DNA of 64,000 bases from assembly GCA_963776395.1 (NCBI GenBank), contig CAVZML010000006.1:488986-552985 (forward strand), in the 5' to 3' direction. The stretch comes from an uncultured Chloroflexia bacterium (GTDB lineage: Bacteria > Chloroflexota > Limnocylindria > Limnocylindrales > CSP1-4). The notes under the pieces were generated by a model, which made no database searches, had not been told where the DNA came from, and saw nothing but the letters and a program-made list of their open reading frames with translations. The translations under genes were made by a program, and so were the position numbers. Below, piece after piece: positions 1 to 14,843 of this stretch (positions are counted from its first letter, which is position 1; every line of letters starts with the position of its first letter).

Positions 1-46
1 CCTGATAAGGCCGAGGTCCCTGGTTCGAGTCCAGGTGCGCCCACCA
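1..46 (+). tRNA. tRNA-Ile (GAT), 3' portion only; 5' end lies off the window
   Basis: Window opens in an anticodon loop CTGATAA, followed by T-arm GGTTCGAGTCC, acceptor 3' strand and ACCA. Position fits the 16S-Ile-Ala-23S spacer. Confidence 0.8.
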
Positions 47-68
47 CTTCCCGGCGACTTGCGGTCAC

Positions 69-144
69 GGGGACGTAGCTCAGCTGGCAGAGCATCTCCT
101 TTGCAAGGAGAGGGTCAGGAGTTCGAGTCTCCTCGTCTCCACCA
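69..144 (+). tRNA. tRNA-Ala (TGC)
   Basis: Acceptor GGGGACG/CGTCTCC gives the G3:U70 alanine identity pair. Anticodon loop CTTTGCAA, T-arm GGTTCGAGTC, encoded CCA. Confidence 0.95.
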
Positions 145-568
145 CTCCTGCCGGCGGAGGATCTCAACAGGGGATCGTCCACCCGGCTCGCGAAACTGAA
201 TAGCCCGGCATCCCCGGGAATGGCCCTCGTGGGCCCCAACCAAGCGACATCTCTTCGACGGTTCGCAGGCTGGTCCTGGAACCGTCGTCACGCGTTCGAC
301 ACAGGAAAACCAGGTCCCCTGATCAGTGCGCTCCACCAGGAGCCCACCGACCAGCGGACGGCTGGGACGGCGAAGGAGCCTGGCTCCCGAGTCGGGAACC
401 GCCTCGGCGGTGCACCTTGAACAACTGGATAGATGACGGCAGTAAAGAAGGTCAAAGACCATCGATCGGAAGATCGCTGGATCTATGGATCATGATTTCG
501 CCGTGAAATCAAGGAGAACCCCGATCTGATCCCGTCCCGCACTGACCGCCTGGTCAGATGCTGGCGGA

Positions 569-3625
<3,057 letters not shown>

Positions 3626-3758
3626 TCTATACCAGCACCTGACCAGGGGTCAGCGTGCCGGGAGATCATGGTTCTCCAAGTGGCAGATCGTGATCCTGAG
3701 ACTGGCGCCCGCGTCGCTTCGACGCCGGCCGCTGCCGTCATCTACCAGATGCATACGA

Positions 3759-3877
<119 letters not shown>

Positions 3878-3910
3878 TGTTGCATTTAAGGACCCTGAGG
3901 GGGCCGGTCC

Positions 3911-4834
3911 GTGGCGGGGCTCGGCCGTCTCTCCCGCGATATCCTGCAGGACATGAGTGGACCCGTGGTCGAAGCCCGCCCGATGCCGCCGTCGCCCGGC
4001 GCGACCGAACGGACGGAACGGCGCCGTGACGCCCCCGCGGTCGCCGACATCTGTCCGCTTCTCCAGGCGCCGGACGGCAGCTGGCGGAGCGCCTACGCAT
4101 CGCGGGATCACCGGTGCTGGGCGATCACCCCGGCGGCCCAGCTCGCGCTCGCGAAGCAGCGACAGGTCTGCCTGACCCCCGCTCACGCCGGCTGCGCCAC
4201 GTATCTCGCCGCCGCAGGGACATGGTCCGCGCCAGGGTCCGCGGCCTCTCCGCCCGGGTCCGACGGCTCCCTGCTGTGGCCCGCGGTCAGGGCAACGCCC
4301 CTCGCGCTGGAACCGTCGGGCGGCCGGACCGGATCCCTGCCGATCGCGCAGGGCCGCGCGGGTGGGCAGACGCTCCTGGTCGCGCTGATGGTCCTCGCGT
4401 TCCTCGTCCTCGTCATCGCGCGGACCACGGCCCCGTCGACGCAGGCGCCGTCGGCGCCGCCCGGCGTGCCCGCGGCCGCCGCCGCGAGCGGCTCGTCCCC
4501 GGCGGCCTCCGGATCGCCGGCCCCGTTCAGTGCAGCACCCGCCTCGGCACCCGTCTCGGCGTCCGCGTCGCCTTCGTCCACGCCCGGGACGTCCGGGACA
4601 CCGGCGCCGACCACTGGACCCACGCCATCGCCGTCGAGGACGCCCAAGCCCACGAAGGCCGCACCGAGCCACACCCCGGTGCCCGCGAGGACACGGCGGT
4701 ACACCGTGCAGAGGGGCGACACCCTGAGCGGCATCGCCGCCAGGTTCGGGGTCACGGTCGCGGCCATCAAGAAGGCGAACGGGATCGCGGATCCCAGGCT
4801 GATCAGGGTCGGCCAGGTCCTGGTCATTCCCTGA
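3911..4834 (+). CDS. Membrane-anchored LysM-domain protein with a Cys/His-rich N-terminal domain
   Basis: C-terminal YTVQRGDTLSGIAARFGVTVAAIKKANGIADPRLIRVGQVLVIP is a LysM motif. One TM helix (LLVALMVLAFLVLVIA) and a Pro/Ser/Ala linker. Start uncertain: GTG 3911 or ATG 3953. Confidence 0.75.
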   Translation: MAGLGRLSRDILQDMSGPVVEARPMPPSPGATERTERRRDAPAVADICPLLQAPDGSWRSAYASRDHRCWAITPAAQLALAKQRQVCLTPAHAGCATYLAAAGTWSAPGSAASPPGSDGSLLWPAVRATPLALEPSGGRTGSLPIAQGRAGGQTLLVALMVLAFLVLVIARTTAPSTQAPSAPPGVPAAAAASGSSPAASGSPAPFSAAPASAPVSASASPSSTPGTSGTPAPTTGPTPSPSRTPKPTKAAPSHTPVPARTRRYTVQRGDTLSGIAARFGVTVAAIKKANGIADPRLIRVGQVLVIP

Positions 4835-4964
4835 CGCGCGCTGGTCATCCCCCTGACGACTCCCCCGACTCATCCCCCTGACGACGCGATCGATCGCGCG
4901 CGTGCGCGCCGGTCCGGCGCCGTCGGTGTCGGGAGCGGCCGCGCCGGCCCGAGTGACCCGGAGC

Positions 4965-5842
4965 TCAGCGCTGGCAGGTCCGGCAGTAGCCCGTCGGGAA
5001 CCCGCCCGCCGACACGAGCGTGATCTTCGAGCCGCACCGGGTGCACGCCTCGCCGCCCCGGTTGTGGACGGCGAGGTGGTCCCGGACCTGCTTCTCGAAC
5101 GTGGGCGGGACCCGTTCGCGCAGGAGCGCCACCGACGCCTCGAGGGTGGACCGCATGGCCCCATGGAGCGTGTCGATCTCCTCCGGTGCCAGGGTGGACC
5201 TCTTCCGGAACGGCAGCAACCGCGCCGCGAACAGGATCTCATCCGAGTAGGCATTGCCGATCCCGGCCACGAAGGCCTGGTTCCGGAGCAGGTTCTTGAG
5301 CTCGCCCGGGTGGCGGCGGATGCGCTCCCGGAAGACCTCGACCGTCAGCGCGGCATCGAGCGCGTCCGGACCCATCTCCCCGGGGCCGCGGCCGGGCACC
5401 TGCCGCTCGACCCCCGCAGGGAGGACGTAGACCTTGCCCATCTGGGTCGGGTCCCGGTAGCGGACCAGCACGGGGGCGGCGTCCTCCGGGAGCCACGGGG
5501 CCCCGGACGTCCAGGTGGCCGCATCGCCGGGCGGTCCACCCGTTCGCGGACCGAACGAGAGCTCCACGGCGACGCCGCCGGGGGCCTTCTCCCCCGCCCT
5601 GCGAGCTGGAACCGGCCCGTCAGCATGGGGTTCACGACGACGCGGTCGCGGGCAAGCTCGAGGTCCAGGAACTTGCCCGCCCTCACGACGCGTTCCACGC
5701 TCTGCCCCTCGAGGGCCGCGAGCTCGGCAGGGGTGCCCCGGACCGCGAGCGGCATCAGCGCCCGGGCACCCGTCAGCGTGCGGCCGGCGAGGGCCGCATG
5801 AAAGGCATCGGCGACGACGTCGAGGTCGGGCAGCTCCGGCAC
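4965..5842 (-). pseudogene. fpg: Fpg/Nei-family DNA glycosylase, frame-disrupted as sequenced
   Basis: N-terminus VPELPDLDVV...NPMLTGRFQLAGRG is in one frame. EKAPGG...GIGNAYSDEILF...zinc finger CTRCG...CRTCQ is in another. The break is at the C5 run 5591-5595; one extra base restores QLAGRGEKAPGG. Confidence 0.85.
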
Positions 5843-5851
5843 GGGTGCCGA

Positions 5852-5881
5852 TTGTACCCGTGGAAATCCGCGTGCTAGACT
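5852..5881 (+). promoter_or_regulatory. Putative sigma70-type promoter for rpsA (TTGTAC-18-TGC-TAGACT)
   Basis: -35 TTGTAC at 5852-5857 and extended -10 TGCTAGACT at 5873-5881, in the divergent fpg/rpsA spacer. Confidence 0.45.
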
Positions 5882-6057
5882 CACGCGGCCCCACGGGCAC
5901 GGACAGTTGAAGAGCACGTCCCAGGTGTCGTCAGCGAAGGAGCGGACCGCGGCCAAGGTCACCAACGATCCATCTCCCTCCCAGACGGCCCCGGGCGCGC
6001 ACCGGTGGCCGTTCGTGATTCCTGAGGGCCGAATCCACCAAAGGAGACAGGATCACC

Positions 6058-8304
6058 TTGACCGACGAGCAGCAGGGCGGGACCGCGCCGGCGCCGGAGG
6101 CCGCAGCCTCCGTCGACGCTCCGGCGTCCGAAGAGACCGTCGCGGCAGTCGCCGTCGCCGACGAGCCCGCCATTCCCGAGACCACCCCCGAGCCCGCGGC
6201 GCCCACCGTGGACGCGACAGCCGACGCGCCGCCCGCAGCGGCCCCGGCGCCCGAGGCTGCGGCCGTTCCGCCTGCCGCGGACGTCGTAGCCGAGGACGAG
6301 GCAGCCGACGCGCCGCCCGCCGCAGACCTCGATCCCGAGGACGAGGCGCCCGCGGCCTCCGCGCGACGAGCCGGCCCTGAGCCGACCACGATGGAGGAGC
6401 TGCTCGCGGAGCAGGACTCGGACATCAAGAGCTTCAAGCACGGCGACGTGGTCGAAGGAACCGTGGTCCGCATCGACAAGGACGAGATCCTGGTCGACAT
6501 CGGCGCCAAGTCGGAGGGCGTCGTCAGCAACCGCGAGCTCTTCGGGCGCCACGCCGAGACGCAGCCCGAGCTGGCGATCGGCGACGTCGTCCTGGTGTAC
6601 GTCCTCCAGCCGGAGTCGCCCGAGGGCCACGTCGTCCTCTCCCTCCGCCGCGCCGGCCTCGAGCGCAAGTGGCGCGCGATGCAGGAGCTGTTCGAGGCGG
6701 GCACGATCATCGACGCCCCGGTCATCGACCACAACAAGGGCGGCCTGATCGTCGACTGCGGGATCCGCGGCTTCGTGCCGATCAGCCAGATCGTGGACTT
6801 CCCGCGCAGGCCGCAGAACGAGCAGCCGCGCGACGCCGCGCAGGAGATCGCGGAGAAGCTCCAGCCGTACATCGGCCGCAAGCTCCGCCTCAAGATCCTC
6901 GAGGTGAACCGCAAGGCCAACCGGCTCATCCTGTCCGAGAAGGTCGCCCTCTACGAGGAGCGCCGCGAGAAGCGCGACGAGCTGTTCAGCAGCCTCCAGG
7001 TCGGGCAGAAGGTCACCGGCAACGTGCGCTCGATCGCGCCCTTCGGCATCTTCATCGACCTCGGTGGCATCGACGGCCTCGTCCACAAGAGCGAGCTCTC
7101 GTGGAACAAGGTCAACAATCCCGAGTCCGGCTACAAGGTCGGCGACGAGGTCGAGGCCGAGGTCATCGACATCAACCACGAGCGGGGCCGGATCAGCCTT
7201 TCGATCCGTCGCCTGCAGCCCGATCCGTGGGAGTCGACCGTCGCGGACTTCAAGGTCGGCGACGTCATCGACGGCACGGTGACCAAGCTGGTGAACTTCG
7301 GTGCCTTCGTCCGTGTCCGCGAGGGCCTGGAGGGCCTGATCCACATCAGCGAGCTGTCGCACCAGCGCGTGGCCCACCCGGGCGACGTGGTGCACGAGGG
7401 CCAGGTCCTCAAGCTCAAGATCATCAGCCTCGATTCCGAGCGGCACCGCCTGGGCCTCAGCCTCAAGCAGGCCGAGGAGCCCCCGGCGCGGCCGGCACCC
7501 GAGCCCGGCACCACCCCGGCGGTCGTCGTCGGCGGTGGCGGCATGAGCGTCGGCGGAGGCGAGCGCCGCGAGCGGCGCGAGCGCCGCGAGCGCCCGGACC
7601 GCGGCTATGCGCCGTCCGACACGCATTCCGAGCCTGAGGGCGGCATCGACACGACGCTCGCGTCGGCGTTCGCCATGGTCCGCGACCAGCTGGCCAAGGC
7701 GGAGAAGGCGTCCGAACCCGAGCCCGAGGCAGGTGCCGAGGAGCTCGTCGCGGAGGCAGATGCCGAGGAGCTCGTCTCGGAAGCGGTCGTCGCCGACGCC
7801 GTCGCGGAGGAGCTCGCCGGGGAGGCCGTCGTCGCCGAGGCCGAGGCCGTCGCGCTTGCCGAGGAGGCCATCGTCGAGGACGCGGTCGCCGAAGAGCTCG
7901 CCGAGGAAGCGGTTGCCACGAGTGCCGTCGCCGACGAGCTGGCCGTCGAGGCCGTCGAGGCGGGGGAGATCGGCGACGAGCTCGCAGCGGAGGCCTATGC
8001 CGCCGAGACGAGCGGGTCCGCGGCCGTCGCCGAGGAGCTCGCCGAAGAGGCAGTCGAGGCCGAGGCCGTCGCCGAGGAGCTCGCCACGGAGGCCTTCGCC
8101 GAGGAGACCGCCGCCGAGGACCTCGCGATCGAGTCGGTGGTGGCCTCTGCCGTCGCCGAGGAGCTTGCCGAGGAAGCCGTCGCCGAGGAGATCGTCGCCG
8201 AGGAGCTTGCCGAGGAGGCCGTCGCCGCCGAGGAGGTCTCCGAGGAGCTGGTGGCCGAGGCGACCGCCGAGCTCATCGCGGAGGAGGACGCCGACCGGGC
8301 GTGA
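6058..8304 (+). CDS. rpsA: 30S ribosomal protein S1 with an Ala/Pro/Glu-rich N-extension and a long acidic repeat tail
   Basis: Four S1 (OB) domains, e.g. GDVVEGTVVRIDKDEILVDIG and GQKVTGNVRSIAPFGIFIDLG. AAGGAG lies 11 nt before TTG 6058. Alternative start is ATG 6391. Confidence 0.9.
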   Translation: MTDEQQGGTAPAPEAAASVDAPASEETVAAVAVADEPAIPETTPEPAAPTVDATADAPPAAAPAPEAAAVPPAADVVAEDEAADAPPAADLDPEDEAPAASARRAGPEPTTMEELLAEQDSDIKSFKHGDVVEGTVVRIDKDEILVDIGAKSEGVVSNRELFGRHAETQPELAIGDVVLVYVLQPESPEGHVVLSLRRAGLERKWRAMQELFEAGTIIDAPVIDHNKGGLIVDCGIRGFVPISQIVDFPRRPQNEQPRDAAQEIAEKLQPYIGRKLRLKILEVNRKANRLILSEKVALYEERREKRDELFSSLQVGQKVTGNVRSIAPFGIFIDLGGIDGLVHKSELSWNKVNNPESGYKVGDEVEAEVIDINHERGRISLSIRRLQPDPWESTVADFKVGDVIDGTVTKLVNFGAFVRVREGLEGLIHISELSHQRVAHPGDVVHEGQVLKLKIISLDSERHRLGLSLKQAEEPPARPAPEPGTTPAVVVGGGGMSVGGGERRERRERRERPDRGYAPSDTHSEPEGGIDTTLASAFAMVRDQLAKAEKASEPEPEAGAEELVAEADAEELVSEAVVADAVAEELAGEAVVAEAEAVALAEEAIVEDAVAEELAEEAVATSAVADELAVEAVEAGEIGDELAAEAYAAETSGSAAVAEELAEEAVEAEAVAEELATEAFAEETAAEDLAIESVVASAVAEELAEEAVAEEIVAEELAEEAVAAEEVSEELVAEATAELIAEEDADRA

Positions 8305-8338
8305 CGAACCGGGAGCTCCGCTCCCGCCATTCCAGCAG

Positions 8339-8366
8339 ACGACCCGCCGGACCGGCGGGTCGTTTC
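8339..8366 (+). terminator. Rho-independent-type terminator after rpsA
   Basis: ACGACCCGCCGG / CCGGCGGGTCGT inverted repeat followed by TTTCGATT. Confidence 0.6.
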
Positions 8367-8476
8367 GATTCCTTCACCCCGAATCCGTAGATTGCGAACA
8401 CCATCGTTGTGCCCATCGGCGAAGATAGGCAGAGCGGGGACCCCCTGGGTGGGGTGTCGCCCCTCCAGGGGTTGAG

Positions 8477-8485
8477 TGCTAGGAT
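8477..8485 (+). promoter_or_regulatory. Possible extended -10 (TGCTAGGAT) upstream of clpC
   Basis: Same TGCTAGNNT motif as upstream of rpsA and the PIN/TRAM gene. No good -35 seen. Confidence 0.3.
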
Positions 8486-8528
8486 GGCCCGCAGGTCGCC
8501 ACCGCGACCAGGAAGACGAGCCGGCCGG

Positions 8529-11003
<2,475 letters not shown>

Positions 11004-11022
11004 CGTCGGGCCGAGCCAGCCC

Positions 11023-12447
11023 GTGGCGCGTGCCCAGAGCCGCTTCGTCTGCCAGTCGTGCGGCGCCGCTGTCCTCCGCTGGGAGGGCCAGTGCCGCACC
11101 TGCGGCGAGTGGAACACCCTCGTCGAGACGGTCGTCCACGACACCCCCAGGGCGCGGCCCGCGGCCGCCCACGCCGGATCCACCCCGGTCGCCCTGGCGA
11201 GCCCTGACGACGCGACCGACGACGTCCGCCGGCCCATCGGCATCGGCGAGCTGGACCGCGTCCTCGGCGGCGGCCTGGTCGCCGGATCCGTGGTCCTGCT
11301 CGGTGGGGAGCCGGGGATCGGCAAGTCGACGCTGCTGCTGCAGGTGGCCGCCGGGGTCGCCACGGGTGCGGGCCCGCGGGTGCCGCCCGCCACGGTGCTC
11401 TACGCGACGGGAGAGGAATCGGTCCGCCAGGTCCGGCTGCGCGCGACCCGGCTCGGGCTCGCGCACGGACCGATCGGCGACGCAATACGCGTCGTCGCGG
11501 AGACCGGCGTGGGCCGGATCGTCGACCTCGCGCGTGCCGAGCGGCCCGGGCTGCTCGTCGTGGATTCCGTCCAGACCGTGGCGTCGGAGGAGCTCGACGG
11601 ACCGCCCGGCAGCGTCGGCCAGGTCCGGGAGGCGACGCTCCGGTTGATGGAGCTCGCAAAGTCGGACGGGCTCCCCGTGGTGCTCGTCGGGCACGTGACC
11701 AAGGACGGCACGCTCGCCGGCCCGAAGACCCTCGAGCACCTGGTGGACGTCGTCCTCTCGGTCGAGGGCGACCGGACCGGCGGCCTGCGCCTGCTGCGCG
11801 CGGCCAAGAACCGCTACGGCTCGACCGAGGAGGTGGGGGTCTTCGAGATGGGGGACCGGGGCCTCCTGGAGGTCTCGGATCCGGCCCGGGCCTTCCTGGC
11901 CGAGCACGACGCACCCGCGCCCGGGAGCGTGGTCGCACCGGTGCTGGAGGGATCGCGCCCGCTGCTCGTCGAGGTCCAGGCGCTGGTGGCGCCGACCGGG
12001 GCGCCGAGCCCCCGCCGCACGGCCTCGGGCATCGACCCGAACAGGCTCGCGCTCCTCGTCGCCGTGCTCGGCCGGCGGGCCGGGATCGGCCTGTCCGGTC
12101 ACGACGTGTACGCGAACCTGGCGGGCGGCCTCTCGGTGTCGGAGCCCGGGCTGGACCTCCCGCTCGCGCTCGCGCTCGCGTCATCGCTCCGGGATCGGCC
12201 GCTCGTTCCCGGGACGGTCGCGATCGGGGAGGTCGGACTCCTCGGTGAGCTGCGGACCGTGGGCGGGCTCGAGCGCCGGCTGCGGGAGGCCGCCCGCCTC
12301 GGGTTCACGCGCGCGATCGTGCCGCGTTCCGGCCGCGGCGCGCCGGCCGCTCCCGTGGGCCTCGAGCTCGTCATCGTCGGCTCGCTCGCCGAGGCCATCC
12401 GGGCGGCGCTCACCGAGCCCGCCGGCGCCGCCTCGCACCGATCGTGA
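11023..12447 (+). CDS. radA: DNA repair protein RadA/Sms
   Basis: N-terminal zinc ribbon CQSCG...CRTCGEWNT, Walker A GGEPGIGKST, KNRYG motif and a Lon-like C-domain. Confidence 0.93.
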   Translation: MARAQSRFVCQSCGAAVLRWEGQCRTCGEWNTLVETVVHDTPRARPAAAHAGSTPVALASPDDATDDVRRPIGIGELDRVLGGGLVAGSVVLLGGEPGIGKSTLLLQVAAGVATGAGPRVPPATVLYATGEESVRQVRLRATRLGLAHGPIGDAIRVVAETGVGRIVDLARAERPGLLVVDSVQTVASEELDGPPGSVGQVREATLRLMELAKSDGLPVVLVGHVTKDGTLAGPKTLEHLVDVVLSVEGDRTGGLRLLRAAKNRYGSTEEVGVFEMGDRGLLEVSDPARAFLAEHDAPAPGSVVAPVLEGSRPLLVEVQALVAPTGAPSPRRTASGIDPNRLALLVAVLGRRAGIGLSGHDVYANLAGGLSVSEPGLDLPLALALASSLRDRPLVPGTVAIGEVGLLGELRTVGGLERRLREAARLGFTRAIVPRSGRGAPAAPVGLELVIVGSLAEAIRAALTEPAGAASHRS

Positions 12448-12517
12448 CCGCCGCGGGACGCCGCCCACGCGGCGCACCCGGCGTGGCCCCGGCGCGGAGC
12501 GGCCCAGCGTGCGTGCG

Positions 12518-12526
12518 TGCTAGGCT
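12518..12526 (+). promoter_or_regulatory. Possible extended -10 (TGCTAGGCT) upstream of the PIN/TRAM gene
   Basis: TGCTAGNNT motif 34 nt before ATG 12560. Confidence 0.3.
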
Positions 12527-12559
12527 CGGAACTCCTGCGCCCGGTGCACCGACGGCCGC

Positions 12560-13639
12560 ATGGCGTACCGATCGAGGAGAGGCGTGATTCGGACGATCCG
12601 GGTCCTGGGGGCCGCGCTCGGGGCCTTCATCGGCCTCGGGCTCGCCTCCGCCGGCACCGGCATGTTCACCGGCATTACCTACGGCGGGTTCTTCCTCGCC
12701 GTCTGGACGATCGCCTGGATGATCGTCGGGTTCGCGCTGCTCCCGTATCTCACGGTCGTCCCCGCCGGCTGGCTCATCCGCCAGGTGCAGGAGCTGTCCA
12801 CCGCGGAGTTCGTGGCGGCGGTGATCGGCCTGTTCGTGGGCCTCCTGTTCGGGCTGCTGCTGGGCCTCCCGCTCGCCCAGATCGAGGGTCCCCTCGGCAC
12901 CTGGCTGCCCCTCGGGATCTCGCTGTTCCTCGGCCTCGGGATGATGGGCCTGACCGTGGCCAAGCGGTTCGACCTCATCGCCGCGGCGGAGGGCGCCGGC
13001 CTGGTCCGGCGGCCCGGCGAGGAGAAGGCGAGCGCCGAGGGCGAGCCCCGGATCGTCGTCGACACCAGCGTCCTCATCGACGGCAGGATCGCGGAGATCG
13101 TCGAGTCGGGCTTCATCTACGGGACGCTGATCGTGCCCCGGTTCGTGCTGGAGGAGCTCCAGCACATCGCCGATTCGTCGGACACACTCCGCCGCAACCG
13201 CGGCCGGCGCGGGCTGGAGATCCTCAACCGGATGCAGCGCGACCCGCACACCCCCGTCGAGGTCGTCGACGACGAGGCGCCCGGCGTGGCCGAGGTGGAC
13301 GCGAAGCTCGTCGAGCTGGCCAAGCGACGCAGCCGCGTCGTGCTGACCAACGACTTCAACCTCAATCGGGTCGCCGAGCTCCAGGGCGTCCGGGTGATGA
13401 ACATCAACTCGCTCGCGAACGCGGTGAAGCCCGCCGTCCTGCCCGGCGAGGACCTGCGGGTCAAGGTCATCCAGGAAGGCAAGGAGTCCGGCCAGGGGGT
13501 CGGCTTCCTGGACGACGGCACGATGATCGTGGTCGAGGGGGGCGCCCGCCTGATCGATCGCGAGCTTGACGTCACCGTCACCCGCGTTCTGCAGACGGTG
13601 GCGGGGCGGATGATCTTCGCCCAGCCGCACCTCGACTGA
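12560..13639 (+). CDS. PIN/TRAM-domain integral membrane protein (YacL-like)
   Basis: N-terminal TM helices, PIN core (IVVDTSVLIDGRI...LTNDFNLNRVA) and C-terminal TRAM-like beta domain. Conserved position after radA. Confidence 0.8.
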   Translation: MAYRSRRGVIRTIRVLGAALGAFIGLGLASAGTGMFTGITYGGFFLAVWTIAWMIVGFALLPYLTVVPAGWLIRQVQELSTAEFVAAVIGLFVGLLFGLLLGLPLAQIEGPLGTWLPLGISLFLGLGMMGLTVAKRFDLIAAAEGAGLVRRPGEEKASAEGEPRIVVDTSVLIDGRIAEIVESGFIYGTLIVPRFVLEELQHIADSSDTLRRNRGRRGLEILNRMQRDPHTPVEVVDDEAPGVAEVDAKLVELAKRRSRVVLTNDFNLNRVAELQGVRVMNINSLANAVKPAVLPGEDLRVKVIQEGKESGQGVGFLDDGTMIVVEGGARLIDRELDVTVTRVLQTVAGRMIFAQPHLD

Positions 13640-13667
13640 GGTGGTGACCGGGACCGGCGGGCGCGCG

Positions 13668-14843
13668 ATGGCGGACGTCGTGGTGGTCGCCGCCGGCTCG
13701 TCCCGGCGCATGGGCGGCACCGACAAGCTCCTGGCCCAGGTCGCCGGCCGGCCGCTTCTTGCCTGGACCCTGGGGGCCCTCGCCGCGTCGCCCGTCGTGG
13801 GGCGCCTCGTCCTGGTGGCGGCGCCGGATCGCGTGGACGCCCTCGCCTCGGCCTCCTGGCTGCCCGCCGCCGTCGACGCCGTGGTGGCCGGTGGTGCCAC
13901 CCGCCAGGTCTCGGTCGCGGCGGGTGTCCGGCACCTGGACGACGTCGACCCGACCGGAGGCGACCGCCCGGTCCTGATCCACGACGGGGCGCGCCCGCTC
14001 GTCTCGACGGCGCTCGTGGAGGCCGTGGCCGCGACGGTCATCCGCCACGGCGCAGCGATCCCCGTGGTGCCGGTGACCGAGACCCTCAAGCGGGTGGGGG
14101 ATGGCATGGTGCACGAGACGGTGGACCGCTCGGTGCTCGCCGCGGCCCAGACGCCGCAGGGCGCCCGGCGGGGCCTGCTGCTCGACGCCTGGGCGCTGTT
14201 CCCGCCGGAGGGACCCCGGGAGTTCACGGACGAGGCGGCGCTGCTCGAGGCCTGTAACATCCCGGTCCATGCGATCCCCGGCGAACCCGCGAACCTCAAG
14301 GTGACGCAGCCCGACGACCTGCGCCTGGTCGAGCAGGCGCTGGCGCCCGCCCTCGGCGCCGTCCTGTCGCGCACGGGCTTCGGCCACGACAGCCACCCCT
14401 TCGGCCCGGGATCTCCCCTCCGGCTGTGCGGGGTGGAGATCGCAGGTGCCCCGAGGCTGCACGGCCACTCCGACGGGGACGTGGCGCTCCACGCCGTGGC
14501 GGACGCGTTGCTTGGCGCCGCCGGCCTGGGCGACCTCGGACGGCTGTTCCCCGCCGACGCCCGGACACCGCGCGGCATCGCGAGCGACGCGCTCCTCCGG
14601 GAGGTCGTGACCCGGCTGGCCTCGGCCGGCCTCCGCCCGGCGTCCGCGGACGTTACGATCATCGGGGCCCGGCCGCGGCTCGGGGCTCGGCTCGACGCGA
14701 TGCGCACCGCGGTCGCCGCGCTGCTCGGCCTCGAGGAGTGGGCCGTCAACGTCAAGGCGTCCACCGGCAACCTGGCCGGGGACGAGGGCGCCGGGCGCTC
14801 GATCTCGGCGCATGCCGTGGCAACCGTGCGAGGTTGGGGATGA
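13668..14843 (+). CDS. ispDF: Bifunctional IspD/IspF (MEP cytidylyltransferase / MEcPP synthase)
   Basis: VVVVAAGSSRRMGG IspD motif at the N-terminus. FGHDSHPF...HGHSDGDVALHA IspF motifs at the C-terminus. The longest ORF starts at GTG 13641. Confidence 0.9.
   Translation: MADVVVVAAGSSRRMGGTDKLLAQVAGRPLLAWTLGALAASPVVGRLVLVAAPDRVDALASASWLPAAVDAVVAGGATRQVSVAAGVRHLDDVDPTGGDRPVLIHDGARPLVSTALVEAVAATVIRHGAAIPVVPVTETLKRVGDGMVHETVDRSVLAAAQTPQGARRGLLLDAWALFPPEGPREFTDEAALLEACNIPVHAIPGEPANLKVTQPDDLRLVEQALAPALGAVLSRTGFGHDSHPFGPGSPLRLCGVEIAGAPRLHGHSDGDVALHAVADALLGAAGLGDLGRLFPADARTPRGIASDALLREVVTRLASAGLRPASADVTIIGARPRLGARLDAMRTAVAALLGLEEWAVNVKASTGNLAGDEGAGRSISAHAVATVRGWG

Noticed and set aside
4885-4898. 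Perfect 14-nt palindrome CGCGATCGATCGCG and three TCATYCCCTGACG direct repeats between the convergent LysM gene and fpg.
   Set aside because: The stem is too short, there is essentially no loop and no T-tract, so it cannot be called a terminator. The direct repeats are short and degenerate, and I could not attach a function.
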